64,000 bases of DNA from an uncultured Bacteroidota bacterium (lineage in GTDB: Bacteria > Bacteroidota > Bacteroidia > 2-12-FULL-35-15), in the NCBI GenBank assembly GCA_903847205.1, contig CAINDA010000028.1:4603-68602 (forward strand). Reading direction: 5' to 3'. Below are positions 19,420 to 30,095 of this stretch, piece by piece. A program made the translations under genes and the position numbers. Under the pieces are notes generated by a model. It saw nothing but the letters and a program-made list of their open reading frames with translations, searched no databases and was not told the DNA's origin. The number at the start of each line of letters is the position of its first letter. Positions within the stretch are counted from its first letter, which is position 1.

Positions 19420-20805
19420 CTACATGTGTATCACTTCGCCGTAAGCAGCAGCTGCAGCTTCCATAACGGCTTCACTCATAGTTGGGTGAGGGTGAACAGT
19501 TTTAATCAGTTCGTGGCCGGTTATTTCTAATTTACGCGCTGCAACAATTTCAGCAATCATTTCAGTTACGTTTGCACCAATCATGTGAGCGCCTAAAAGT
19601 TCACCGTATTTTGCATCAAAAATTAATTTTACAAAACCGTCTTTTGCCCCTGCAGCGCTTGCTTTACCGCTTGCAGAAAATGGAAATTTACCAACTTTGA
19701 TTTCGTAGCCGGCTTCTTTTGCTTTCGCTTCGGTATAACCTACTGATGCTATTTCTGGCTGACAATAAGTACATCCGGGAATGTTATTGTAATCAAGTGC
19801 TTCAGGAGACTGACCTGCAATTTTTTCTACACAGATAATTCCTTCAGCACTTGCAACATGTGCTAATGCCTGTCCGCCCACACAGTCGCCTATTGCATAA
19901 TAGCCTGGAATATTTGTCTGGTAATATGGGTTTGTTAAAATTTTTCCTTTGTCAGTGGCAATGCCGGCATCTTCCAGTCCTAAATTTTCTAAGTTTGCCT
20001 GAATACCAACAGCAGAAAGCACAATATCACATTCAATAATTTCTTCTCCTTTTTTTGTTTTGATTTTTACTTTGCAGCTGTCACCTTTTGTATCAACACT
20101 TTCAACATTAGAATCAAGCATTACTGTAATCCCGATTTTTTTAAATGAACGTTCCAGCTGCTTAGAAACCTCAGCATCTTCAACAGGGACAATGCTCGGC
20201 ATAAATTCAACCAAAGTAACTTTAGTTCCCATTGCAGCATAAAAATATGCGAACTCACTTCCGATTGCTCCTGAACCAACCACTACCATTGATTTTGGAA
20301 GTTTTGGGAGTGTCATTGCTTCACGGTAACCGATTATTTTTTTACCATCCTGCGGCAGATTAGGTAATGCACGGGAGCGTGCGCCAACAGCCAGTAAAAT
20401 GTTTTTAGCTTCGTATATTGTTGCTTTACCATCGGCAGTTACTTCTACTTTTTTGCCGGGTTTAACTTTGCCTGTTCCGGTGATAACATCAATTTTATTT
20501 TTTTTCATCAAAAATGCAATTCCTTTGCTCATGCCGTCAGCTACATCACGGCTGCGTTTTACTACAGCGCCAAAATCTGCTTCGCCGCCATTCACTTTAA
20601 TGCCGTAATCTGCAGCGTGATTCAGATATTCAAATACCTGCGCGCTTTTTAACAAAGCTTTGGTAGGAATACATCCCCAGTTTAAGCAGATGCCGCCTAG
20701 GTTTTCACGTTCAACAACAGCCGTTTTTAAACCCAGCTGTGAAGCTCTGATGGCTGCCACATATCCGCCGGGACCGCTTCCTATAACTATTAAATCGTAA
20801 TTCAT
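19420..20805 (-). CDS. lpdA: Dihydrolipoyl dehydrogenase (E3)
   Basis: MNYDLIVIGSGPGGYVAA..GGICLNWGCIPTK redox-active disulfide motif. A second NAD Rossmann fold. C-terminal HPHPT..E dimerisation motif. 461 aa. Confidence 0.9.
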   Translation of the reverse strand: MNYDLIVIGSGPGGYVAAIRASQLGLKTAVVERENLGGICLNWGCIPTKALLKSAQVFEYLNHAADYGIKVNGGEADFGAVVKRSRDVADGMSKGIAFLMKKNKIDVITGTGKVKPGKKVEVTADGKATIYEAKNILLAVGARSRALPNLPQDGKKIIGYREAMTLPKLPKSMVVVGSGAIGSEFAYFYAAMGTKVTLVEFMPSIVPVEDAEVSKQLERSFKKIGITVMLDSNVESVDTKGDSCKVKIKTKKGEEIIECDIVLSAVGIQANLENLGLEDAGIATDKGKILTNPYYQTNIPGYYAIGDCVGGQALAHVASAEGIICVEKIAGQSPEALDYNNIPGCTYCQPEIASVGYTEAKAKEAGYEIKVGKFPFSASGKASAAGAKDGFVKLIFDAKYGELLGAHMIGANVTEMIAEIVAARKLEITGHELIKTVHPHPTMSEAVMEAAAAAYGEVIHM

Positions 20806-21085
20806 ATTTTGTAGGTTTAAATATTCAAGATTTATTTTTCAACGCTTCAGACATGCTGTCTTTAAGCACAAGTGTTTGTAATGTTTAGTTTTAATGCGAA
20901 AGGCGAAATTAGCAAATTATTTTGGAATACTGTCGTGCAGGATTTAAGTCAGAAATAAATTTATGAGACGTGCCGATTATTATAATTGGTAAGATTTTTT
21001 GTGATACTTTTAAACTCCGAATGAGGGTATAAAATTCGGTTTTTTTAATTTTTAACTGAAAGGACATACCATAAAACAGCTTAAA

Positions 21086-22840
21086 ATGAAATATATAATT
21101 TCGTATGAAAAACCCCACAATCATTATATCAATATTGAATTCAGAGCTGGTAAAATAAATCAGGAAGAGCTGCTGATTCAGCTTCCATCATGGCGTCCTG
21201 GGAGATATGAACTTGGAAATTTTGCAAAAAATATTCAAAAATTTGCAGTGTCTGATGAAAATGGAAATTCTTTAAGATTTAATAAAATCACAAAAGACTG
21301 CTGGAAGGTCCAGACCACGGGCATTTCGGAAGTTCGGGTGAAATATAATTATTTCGCTTCAGAATTAAATGCAGGCTCAACATTTTTGGATGCATCGCAG
21401 CTGTATATGAACCCCGTTAACTGCTGTGTTTATATCCCGGACCGTATCAATGAATCATGTGAATTAGAATTAATTCTGCCCGCTGATTATTCTGTTGCGG
21501 GCGCGCTTGCCCATTCTCCAGATGGGAAAGCAGGGGAGAAGTGTTTTGTTCTGAGTGATTTTCATGAATTGGCTGATACCCCTTTTATAGCAAGTAATTC
21601 GCTGCAGCATAATCAGTTTATTTGTTTCGGGGTTGAGTTTAATGTTTGGTTTCAAGGTGAGTGTAAGCCCGACTGGCCGAAGCTTACAAGTGATTTTCTG
21701 AAATTTATAAATGAGCAGCTTCTTGTAATGAAAGAATTTCCTTCAAAATCATATCACTTCTTATACCAGATACTTCCTAATAAAATCTATCATGGCGTGG
21801 AGCATAAAGCCTCTACGGTTATTGCACTTGGGCCCGGTTATGAATTAATGAAAGAAAATTTGTATGAAGATTTATTGGGGGTGAGCTGTCATGAATTATT
21901 TCATGCGTGGAATATTAAAACCATCCGCCCGATTGAAATGCAGCCGTATGATTACACGAAAGAAAATTATTCAAAACTGGGTTATGTCTGCGAAGGCGTA
22001 ACAACTTATTACGGCGATTATTTTCTATTTCGTTCGGGTGCATACAGCCAAGAACAGTATTTTACTGCCTTTGATGAACGCATGCAGAAGCACTTTGATA
22101 ATTTCGGGAGATTTAATTTATCTGTGGCCGATTCATCTTATGATACATGGCTGGATGGTTATGTTCCCGGGGTTCCGAACCGCAAAACATCTATTTATGA
22201 TGAAGGCTGCCTGCTTGCTTTTGTAACTGATATTTTTATCAGGAAAAATTCAAAAAATAAATATTCATTAGATGATGTAATGCTTTATTTATATAATGAG
22301 TTTGCTTTAATGGGAAAAGGATATTCGGATACAGACTATAAGTCGGCAGTGGAGCACTTTGCAGGTGCATCATACGATTTAATTTATTATAATTATATCA
22401 GCAGTGCATCTGATTATGAGCCCATACTGCGAGATGCGATGGAATATATCGGCTGCGAACTGGCATTGATTCCGGCAGCAAAATTTCATGAAAGCAGCTT
22501 AGGAGTTAAAGCTTCTGAGGTAAACGGCGCCTGCAGAATAACTGCTGTTTATCCCAATTCTGCTGCTGATTCGGCCGGTATCTCAGTTAATGATGAAGTG
22601 CTTTCTGTGAACGGTATGCAGATTAGGCCTGATGGTTCAGGAACAAATTTTATGGAGTGGTGCAATTATTTTGGTAATATTCCTTTTACTTTGACAGTTT
22701 CATCAAGCGGGATTGTTAAGCAGCTGAAAATAATTCCGCAGTTAAATCAGTATTACAAAAAGGCCTGCATAAAAATACTTGCTTCGCCTGATAAAAATCA
22801 AAAAGATAATTTTAATAAATGGAGCGGCGTTAAATTTTAA
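21086..22840 (+). CDS. M61 family glycyl aminopeptidase-like metallopeptidase with a C-terminal PDZ domain
   Basis: HELFHAWN HEXXH-type motif in M61 context. PDZ-like region (ITAVYPNSAADSAGISVNDEVLSVNG). Confidence 0.75.
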   Translation: MKYIISYEKPHNHYINIEFRAGKINQEELLIQLPSWRPGRYELGNFAKNIQKFAVSDENGNSLRFNKITKDCWKVQTTGISEVRVKYNYFASELNAGSTFLDASQLYMNPVNCCVYIPDRINESCELELILPADYSVAGALAHSPDGKAGEKCFVLSDFHELADTPFIASNSLQHNQFICFGVEFNVWFQGECKPDWPKLTSDFLKFINEQLLVMKEFPSKSYHFLYQILPNKIYHGVEHKASTVIALGPGYELMKENLYEDLLGVSCHELFHAWNIKTIRPIEMQPYDYTKENYSKLGYVCEGVTTYYGDYFLFRSGAYSQEQYFTAFDERMQKHFDNFGRFNLSVADSSYDTWLDGYVPGVPNRKTSIYDEGCLLAFVTDIFIRKNSKNKYSLDDVMLYLYNEFALMGKGYSDTDYKSAVEHFAGASYDLIYYNYISSASDYEPILRDAMEYIGCELALIPAAKFHESSLGVKASEVNGACRITAVYPNSAADSAGISVNDEVLSVNGMQIRPDGSGTNFMEWCNYFGNIPFTLTVSSSGIVKQLKIIPQLNQYYKKACIKILASPDKNQKDNFNKWSGVKF

Positions 22841-22864
22841 GCAGCTAAAAAAAATAAAAAAAAC

Positions 22865-23305
22865 ATGGAAGATCAAGAAATTTTAAATGAAAATCCGGCA
22901 CCAAAGCGTCCGGTTTTTTTAACAGTATTATGTATTTTAACTTTTATTTCTGCCGGTCTTGGAGGACTATCTGAATTGTTAACACCTCTTTATTCAGATG
23001 TGATGATAGATTTTTTGAAGAGCAACCCGAAATATGACGAAGCCGCGATGGGAGAAACCATAGCTATGCTTCATGCAGGCTGGGGATTTTATTTTACGGT
23101 ATTTGTGCTGTCATGCGGGTCTTTCACTGGTGCTTTTTTAATGTGGAAATTAAAAAAAATAGGATTTCATTTTTATTCCCTGTCTAACCTGGCAATTTTA
23201 TTTGTGCCGATGTTAATGATGGGAACAGCAATCAGCTGGGCTGGAATATTACTTACAGCCTCTTTCATTGCGTTGTATGCGCTGAATCTAAAGTATATGA
23301 AATAA
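22865..23305 (+). CDS. Hypothetical polytopic membrane protein (146 aa)
   Basis: Four predicted hydrophobic helices. No recognisable domain. Confidence 0.45.
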   Translation: MEDQEILNENPAPKRPVFLTVLCILTFISAGLGGLSELLTPLYSDVMIDFLKSNPKYDEAAMGETIAMLHAGWGFYFTVFVLSCGSFTGAFLMWKLKKIGFHFYSLSNLAILFVPMLMMGTAISWAGILLTASFIALYALNLKYMK

Positions 23306-23361
23306 ATTATCTGCTGAATTCCTCCGTCTCCTGCAAATGCAATGTGGATGGAGTAATGCAG

Positions 23362-24369
23362 CTACCGCTTCTTCCAATAGCCTACAAAAAAAATTATCAA
23401 ACCAACAAGACCCATCGCGAAAGTGAAGACGGTTTGTCCTGCATGAATGAGTGTTGCCAAGGTTTTTCCGACTATGCCGGTAACTCCATACAGCAGCACA
23501 ACCTGCCCAACCAAAAAATGATAAGCTCCCATTCCCCCGCCTTGTATGGGAATGGAGCGTCCGATTGTGCCGATACTGAGAATAGTGAGACAGGCTCCCC
23601 ATGTTAAAACGGAGGTTTCTTCAAAAACAAAGAACCAGAAGTAGGTCATTAAATAATAACATACCCAAATTAAAAAAGTATAAAATATAAAAAGTTTTTT
23701 TTCTTTAAGTTTTGAAATGCCTGCCAATCCTTCTTTTAAGCCCTGGATGAACTGCAAAAGAATTTTCGGAGATTTTTCGCTGATAGTTTTTCGGAAATAA
23801 AAAAACAAAACAGAACTGCATATTATTACCGCCGAAACCACCATTAAAACTATGCTGTTACCGGCGATAATCTTGACAATAACGCCTTCATAAAAAGGCT
23901 TAAAAACATTGTTCTGGAAAAAATCAATTATTTTATCGAACTGAAGCATAAGCGTGAGAAGCAGCACAATTATTAAGCTGATAATATCAACTACCCGCTC
24001 AATGATCACCGTACCCAGCAGCTGCATAAAAGGAATGTTGTGCTGTTTTTTTATTGATAAACAGCGGGTAATTTCTCCAAGGCGCGGGAAGCAGAAATTT
24101 ACAAAATAGCCGATAGACAGGGCTGCGAAAGTGTTTGAAAATCCGGCTTCATATCCGATTGCTTTGATAAGCATCTGCCAGCGCAATACCCTGAAAACAT
24201 ATACTAACACTGATACGATCATTACCAGGTAACACCATGAATAATTCCCTGTGTTCAATGTCTGCTTTAGTTGCGCAATATTTAAACCGCTGAAGAAGAG
24301 CCACGACAGGGTTAATCCGGTGCCGAGCAAAACAATGTATTGTATTATCTGAAGATGTTTTGGTTTCAA
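23362..24369 (-). CDS. Lysylphosphatidylglycerol-synthase-TM-region / flippase-like (UPF0104) membrane protein
   Basis: 335 aa, about 8 TM helices. An RLGE/RxxR cytoplasmic loop motif (FPRLGEITRCL) typical of the LPG_synthase_TM family. Confidence 0.6.
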   Translation of the reverse strand: MKPKHLQIIQYIVLLGTGLTLSWLFFSGLNIAQLKQTLNTGNYSWCYLVMIVSVLVYVFRVLRWQMLIKAIGYEAGFSNTFAALSIGYFVNFCFPRLGEITRCLSIKKQHNIPFMQLLGTVIIERVVDIISLIIVLLLTLMLQFDKIIDFFQNNVFKPFYEGVIVKIIAGNSIVLMVVSAVIICSSVLFFYFRKTISEKSPKILLQFIQGLKEGLAGISKLKEKKLFIFYTFLIWVCYYLMTYFWFFVFEETSVLTWGACLTILSIGTIGRSIPIQGGGMGAYHFLVGQVVLLYGVTGIVGKTLATLIHAGQTVFTFAMGLVGLIIFFVGYWKKR

Positions 24370-25066
24370 CGTTTTATTTTGGCCTGAAATTACAAGAATA
24401 AATAATACAAATGTGTCAGTTTTAAATCAGTCTGGAATAAAGTTTCTGTGCGTTAAAAGCCGTCATCAGCAATTTAACTAATTGAAGAAATCTTTTTAGA
24501 AAGATGCATCTCATTTGGCGTACTGAGTTTTTCGCAAAGGTTGATGTTTTTATTTTTGCTGCCTCATATAATTAAACAAACACCCATTGGCGAAAGTCAA
24601 TAGGTACAGTATTTTCAGTAAAAGCAGAATTTAAATTTATCATCAGTATTTTGTCAGCAATGAATTTTGGCAGTAAAACTTTCGACCTGATTTAAAACGG
24701 CTGTTAATGAAATAGGTTAATATTTATCTGTATTCATAGGCCTTTCATGAATACTGAATAAATCGTGCCTAGCAATAAAATGAGTTTAAAGTCGTAAATG
24801 CACTGTTTACAGCTATTTCGGGCTGTATTAAGTGGAATTCAAGTATCAATGTTGAAAAAGACGTTTACTTTAACTATTATTAACATTTGGTTTATAACTT
24901 TTTTTTTACATCTTTGCAAATCTTTAATCGGAAATGAAATATAATTCAATATATTTTGTTAGTAGTAATTAAAACACACCCGGAGTGATTTTCATTTGAG
25001 CACTGAATGCTGTAAATAAAACCTCTGCTTCACAAGAGTGCCGGTGTGCAGTAAATTTTATTTATA

Positions 25067-25966
25067 ATGAAAAAAATCAATTTAATACTTTTTCTCTTTT
25101 TTGCTTTCTGTACTGCATTTGCAGGCACTAAAGGCGGTGCTATGATTGCACATCACGAAAGAACCGGAACTGATACTGTTCCCTATTCAATAGATTTAGA
25201 AGAAATTTCTGATTATTATGATTCATTAGTTTCTTTCCCTGCTTATGATCTATACTGCGGCTGGGATACAGTAAATACCCACTCCATTAAATTTAATATT
25301 GAATCATTAAAAAACGGCGAAAAACAAATTGTTTTGAATAATAAAAACAGCTGTGGTTTTGTACAGCCTTTTTTGGGAAATATAACTTCTTCTTTCGGGC
25401 CCCGAAAAAGACGTTTCCATTATGGAACCGACATTAATTTAGAAACCGGCGATGCTGTCGGCGCTGCATTTGACGGCAAAGTACGCATCGCTAAAAAAAG
25501 CAGCACTTACGGCAATCTGGTTGTGATACGCCACAGCAATGGCTTGGAAACATATTACGCACATTTATCGAAAATTAATGTGGAAACGGGGCAGGAAGTA
25601 TTTGCAGGGCAGATTATCGGATTAGGTGGAAACACCGGCCATTCACATGGGAGCCACCTGCATTTTGAAGTTCGTTATTTGGGCCAGCCCATCAATCCTC
25701 AGGATATTATTTCTTTTACTGAACATAAATTGGTTTCTGATACACTTTGTTTGAGTGAAAAAACCTTTGATTATATTTCAGAAATTAAAAAGACCGGCGG
25801 CAGAAATTTCGCAGGCTCCAAAGCTGCAAAAGTTTACGTTGTAAAAAAAGGAGATACATTGTTTGCAATTGCCCGTAAATACGGCTCTTCGCCGAAAGAT
25901 CTCTGCCACAAAAACAAATTGAAAACTTCTTCTAAACTGCACCCAGGCCAAAGAATTAAAATTTGA
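25067..25966 (+). CDS. M23 family metalloendopeptidase with a C-terminal LysM domain
   Basis: HYGTDIN..D and GNTGHSHGSHLHFEV zinc-ligand motifs. C-terminal YVVKKGDTLFAIARKYG..KLHPGQRIKI is LysM. Confidence 0.85.
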   Translation: MKKINLILFLFFAFCTAFAGTKGGAMIAHHERTGTDTVPYSIDLEEISDYYDSLVSFPAYDLYCGWDTVNTHSIKFNIESLKNGEKQIVLNNKNSCGFVQPFLGNITSSFGPRKRRFHYGTDINLETGDAVGAAFDGKVRIAKKSSTYGNLVVIRHSNGLETYYAHLSKINVETGQEVFAGQIIGLGGNTGHSHGSHLHFEVRYLGQPINPQDIISFTEHKLVSDTLCLSEKTFDYISEIKKTGGRNFAGSKAAKVYVVKKGDTLFAIARKYGSSPKDLCHKNKLKTSSKLHPGQRIKI

Positions 25967-26019
25967 TTTTTGTATTTGAATTTCGGATAGAGACCACATC
26001 AGTACGTTACAGAAATCTT

Positions 26020-28137
26020 TTAATACCCTTCTTCTTTCAATAGATATTCCTTTGTCTGGGAATTATAATAGGCAATTTTTGAATCCTTCTCTAATTTCAG
26101 AATGCTGCCTTTATATACTGTAACAGCAGCTAATTCGCATGGTATCACTAATGCACCTGATTCATCAATGAAGCCCGTTTTATTTTCAATTACAACTTTG
26201 CACAATCCATTTTTAAACTCATCTGCTTCATCAAATAAAAAATCTATAGCTGTTTTTCCTTCTTTGTTAATGAAACCGATTTTTCCGTTCTTATCAGAGA
26301 CTTTAGCAAGGCCGTTAGTAAATTCATCAGCGGATTGGTAAGCATACCGTATCTGTAATTTCATTTTCATGTCGATATACCCCCATTTGTTTTTCCGCTG
26401 CACAGCAGCCAAACCTTCGTTATATGGTTCAATGCGGTCGAAATCTTTTGGTGTAACGTATTTACCGGTTTTGTCAATCAATCCCTGTTTTTTATTTTTT
26501 ACTGCCACAGCTAACCCGTCTTTAAATTTAATTGCCAGCATTGAAGTGCTGTTGTAATCATAATCAAGAGGAATAAAAATTTTTCCGTTACGGTCGGCAA
26601 AACCATATTTGTTGTCATTCACAACCATGATTGCATCTTCAGCCAATTCGCCTAATACATCATATTCACAGGGAATTAAATATTCGCCGTTTTTTTTGAT
26701 GATTCCGTATTTCCCTTCCGATTTTACTTTGGCAGTTCCATTAATAAATTTCCCAACCCATTCATAAATGCAGGGAATTATAAAGATGCCCGAAGAATTT
26801 ATAAAACCGCTTTTGCCGCCTGATTCAACGCCTGCAAGGCCTTCGCTGAAATCATCTGCTTTGCTGAATTTAATTGGTATTACAGTATTTCCAGTTTCAT
26901 CCAGATAACCATATTTTTCTTGCTTGGAAGCGGCAGCAAGCCCTTCGGAGAATTCATAAATTTCATCATACACTAAAGGAGTAATTAGTTTACCGTTTTT
27001 ATTTATAATTCCAGATTTTTTGTTTTGCTGTACAACCGATAAGCCATGCTTAAAATCCTCTACCTGGTCGTAAATAAATGGAATAGCAACTTTACCGGAT
27101 TTATTTATAAAACCTGATTTGCCGTTCATTCCGCATTCTGCATAGCCTTCCGAAAAATCCTCAACCCATTCAAAGGCGCACGGAACCATTATAACGCCCG
27201 TACTGTCGGCAAAGCCCCATTTTCCATTTTGGCGGAATGGAAATAGTTGCTTCTGCGATAATTCAATATCCTTATCTACAATTTTAGAAAACGGCGAATC
27301 AGGAAAATCAATTTTAAATTCAACCAGGGATTCTGTTTTATAATCGGCCGAGTAGATGCCGTAAATATTATGCCATGCAATATCGACATTCTGATTTTTG
27401 GGGTATTTTTTTATAAAATTATGATATTCATCAATTGTGCCATTGGGTGTAGAAAGCGCATAAATTGAATTTTCTACTTCATCGATGTAAGGGCTTTTGG
27501 GATATTTTGCCATGTACTTTTCATACTCGTCGATTGTATTGTTTTTTGTTGATGCCTGGAAAAGCTTGTAGGTATAGAGATCCTGGGCTTCATGAAGTTC
27601 CTTGGCCAATGGATATTTCTCAATAAATTGTTTGTAGTCCTGGTAAGTATCTTTCTTTTTTGCTTCCTGGAAAGCAATGCTGTTGCGAAGATCAATTGCA
27701 TCAAAACATTCTGGTGCGGTACAATATTGTTCAATAAATTTATCAAGCTTAGCAATGGTGTTCTGACTTTTATAAATTTCAAATGCTTTATGATGTATTT
27801 CTTTCTTTAATGAGTCGATGGTTTTCTGGGTGACATTAAAACTTAAATAAAATGCTTTTTGTTTTGGTGTAACGGTAAGGAAAGAAATATCGGAGATAAT
27901 AATATACTTATAAGCACTGTCGATATTGGAGAAGGGGTTATCGCTGCGGAAATAAATGATACTTAATCCGTAAGCAGCGGCGCATTTTTCTTTTTTTACA
28001 GTTTTTTCGAAAAGACGTTTCGCTTCGAAATAATTGTAAGCTTTCAGTGCGGAAAAAGCTTTTGAAATTGTTTTACCGCTTACGGCATTTACAGAACAAA
28101 ACAAAACAAATAAAAAAGCAATTTTTAATCTGTGCAT
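26020..28137 (-). CDS. WG-repeat (KWG-type beta-repeat) containing protein with an N-terminal TPR-like region
   Basis: Signal peptide. Over 12 repeats of GKWGFID..G..VIP..YD.V..F.EGLA. Confidence 0.7.
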   Translation of the reverse strand: MHRLKIAFLFVLFCSVNAVSGKTISKAFSALKAYNYFEAKRLFEKTVKKEKCAAAYGLSIIYFRSDNPFSNIDSAYKYIIISDISFLTVTPKQKAFYLSFNVTQKTIDSLKKEIHHKAFEIYKSQNTIAKLDKFIEQYCTAPECFDAIDLRNSIAFQEAKKKDTYQDYKQFIEKYPLAKELHEAQDLYTYKLFQASTKNNTIDEYEKYMAKYPKSPYIDEVENSIYALSTPNGTIDEYHNFIKKYPKNQNVDIAWHNIYGIYSADYKTESLVEFKIDFPDSPFSKIVDKDIELSQKQLFPFRQNGKWGFADSTGVIMVPCAFEWVEDFSEGYAECGMNGKSGFINKSGKVAIPFIYDQVEDFKHGLSVVQQNKKSGIINKNGKLITPLVYDEIYEFSEGLAAASKQEKYGYLDETGNTVIPIKFSKADDFSEGLAGVESGGKSGFINSSGIFIIPCIYEWVGKFINGTAKVKSEGKYGIIKKNGEYLIPCEYDVLGELAEDAIMVVNDNKYGFADRNGKIFIPLDYDYNSTSMLAIKFKDGLAVAVKNKKQGLIDKTGKYVTPKDFDRIEPYNEGLAAVQRKNKWGYIDMKMKLQIRYAYQSADEFTNGLAKVSDKNGKIGFINKEGKTAIDFLFDEADEFKNGLCKVVIENKTGFIDESGALVIPCELAAVTVYKGSILKLEKDSKIAYYNSQTKEYLLKEEGY

Positions 28138-28263
28138 AAACTAATTTCAATTTTTCCCAAAATTAACAATATCAGCTGAGTGCTGCATTTCTTTTTACCA
28201 ACAGGATTGTTTTAGTTGTATTTTTGGAGAATAGTTTTATGATTTTAATTAATTAAACATATC

Positions 28264-28461
28264 ATGTTTTCGAAAGGACAGCTGGTTTTTGCGCTCTTGT
28301 TTTTTGTTGCTTTTGTGATAGCCATATCATGGGCGTATATCAAAGATAAAAAAGGAAATTCTTTTTTCTTTAAAGGAACTTATAAAATATTATTGTTTGT
28401 TGTTTTTGTTTTTTTCGCGCTTTTCGGCGTCGTAAAAATAAAACATCATTTTTTCCCTTAG
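28264..28461 (+). CDS. Small hypothetical membrane protein (65 aa)
   Basis: Two hydrophobic helices. ORF track only. Confidence 0.3.
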   Translation: MFSKGQLVFALLFFVAFVIAISWAYIKDKKGNSFFFKGTYKILLFVVFVFFALFGVVKIKHHFFP

Positions 28462-28592
28462 TTGATTTTGGTTAGAGCCCAAAACAATATTCCTCTCTGA
28501 GAGTTATGTATGATTATTGAAGAAACCTTGTGAGAAGGAAGCGGAAAATTATACCGCAGCCAAAATTCTCTTTTGGATTTTAAATAAAATTA

Positions 28593-29864
28593 TCAGCTTG
28601 AAAATTTTCTGCGTGGAGGAAACCGCTTACTGCCGCCAGCCGGATTTTTATTTGCTGCAGTTCCGCTATCAGGTTTTTTTGCTGGTCTGTTAAAACTTCT
28701 TCTTTCTGGGCGCTCTGCTTCTGCCTTTCTTGGGTTATTAAACGCAGGGCCTTCCATTACATCCATTTTATTTCCGAGCAGTTTAAGTATGTCTTTAAAA
28801 TATGCTTTCTCTTCTGATGCGCAGAATGAAATTGCGGTTCCTCCGGCTCCGGCTCTGCCTGTTCTGCCAATGCGGTGAATATAAGTCTCGGCAACCTCCG
28901 GCAGTTCATAGTTTATTACATGAGAAAGTTTATCAACATCAATTCCTCTGGAAGCTATATCGGTTGCTATCAGCAGACGTACTGTTCTGTTTTTAAATCC
29001 TTCAAGCGCCCTTTGTCTGGCGTTCTGTGATTTGTTCCCGTGAATAGCTTCTGCTTTAATACCGACTTTAACTAAATCTTTCACTAATTTATCAGCCCCG
29101 TGTTTTGTTCTGGTAAATACAAGTGCATGATCAATTTTTTCTTTTTCAAGAACAAATTTCAATAAATCTTTTTTGTCCTGTTTTTCAACATAATAAACTG
29201 ATTGTTTTACTGCTTCGGCAGGAGCTGAAATAGTTGCTACCTGCACCGCTACCGGATTTTGTAAAAGTCCGTCGGCTAATTTTCTGATTTCGGGAGGAAC
29301 AGTTGCAGAGAAAAAAACAGTCTGGCGTTTCGGCGGGAGTTTAGTTATGATTCTTTGTATATCCCTGATAAAGCCCATGTCCAGCATTCTGTCCACTTCG
29401 TCAAGCACAAAAAATTCAACTGTATGTAGTTTTATAATACCCTGATTCATCAAATCAAGTAATCTTCCGGGTGTAGCAATTAGCACATCAATCCCGCTGT
29501 CCAAAGCCTTTATCTGGTGATGCTGAGAAACGCCGCCGAAAATAACTGTGTGTTTTATGTTCAGATTTTTTCCGTAATCGGAAAAGCTTTGTCCGATTTG
29601 AATTGCTAATTCCCTTGTAGGCGCAAGAATCAAAGCTTTAATTCCGAAAGATTTCCGAATCAATTGTTTTGCGTGAAATAATTGTAATATCGGCAATGCA
29701 AAAGCTGCTGTTTTACCAGTACCTGTCTGTGCACAGCCAAATACATCTTTTCCCTGGAGTATATATGGTATTGATTTTTCCTGAATAGGGCTGGGGCTTG
29801 TGTAGCCTTTTTGTTTCAAAGCCCGGCAAAGCGGTTCAATTATATTTAAATTTTCGAATGTCAT
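28593..29864 (-). CDS. DEAD-box ATP-dependent RNA helicase (RhlE-like)
   Basis: Q-motif. AQTGTGKT (motif I), PTRELA, DEVD (motif II), SAT, HRIGRTGRAG (motif VI). Basic RG-rich C-terminal tail. Confidence 0.9.
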   Translation of the reverse strand: MTFENLNIIEPLCRALKQKGYTSPSPIQEKSIPYILQGKDVFGCAQTGTGKTAAFALPILQLFHAKQLIRKSFGIKALILAPTRELAIQIGQSFSDYGKNLNIKHTVIFGGVSQHHQIKALDSGIDVLIATPGRLLDLMNQGIIKLHTVEFFVLDEVDRMLDMGFIRDIQRIITKLPPKRQTVFFSATVPPEIRKLADGLLQNPVAVQVATISAPAEAVKQSVYYVEKQDKKDLLKFVLEKEKIDHALVFTRTKHGADKLVKDLVKVGIKAEAIHGNKSQNARQRALEGFKNRTVRLLIATDIASRGIDVDKLSHVINYELPEVAETYIHRIGRTGRAGAGGTAISFCASEEKAYFKDILKLLGNKMDVMEGPAFNNPRKAEAERPERRSFNRPAKKPDSGTAANKNPAGGSKRFPPRRKFSS

Positions 29865-30095
29865 TTTTTTTGTTTTAAAATTAGTAAATGTGAGCCGGCT
29901 GTATGAATAATACAGCTGTAGATAAACTTTTTGTTATCAATAAAAAGGGTTGTGAAATTTAAAGAGGTGTGAGAAGGAGCGATGCAAAACAGTCTTTAAA
30001 ATACAAATCTAATATTCTCTAGCTCAAAGATACGTATTTAATTTAAGTATGGATGAGATTGACTGAAGAGGGATAAAATAATTAAAAAAAATATT

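Noticed and set aside
20909-21124. 71-aa minus-strand ORF overlapping the M61 peptidase start and the lpdA-M61 divergent promoter region
   Set aside because: Lies in a probable divergent promoter region. No features. Overlaps a well-supported start.
28520-29990. Shared 13-nt string gtgagaagga(a)gcg on both sides of the DEAD-box helicase gene (about 28527 and 29963)
   Set aside because: Too short and isolated to distinguish from chance. No surrounding extended similarity.
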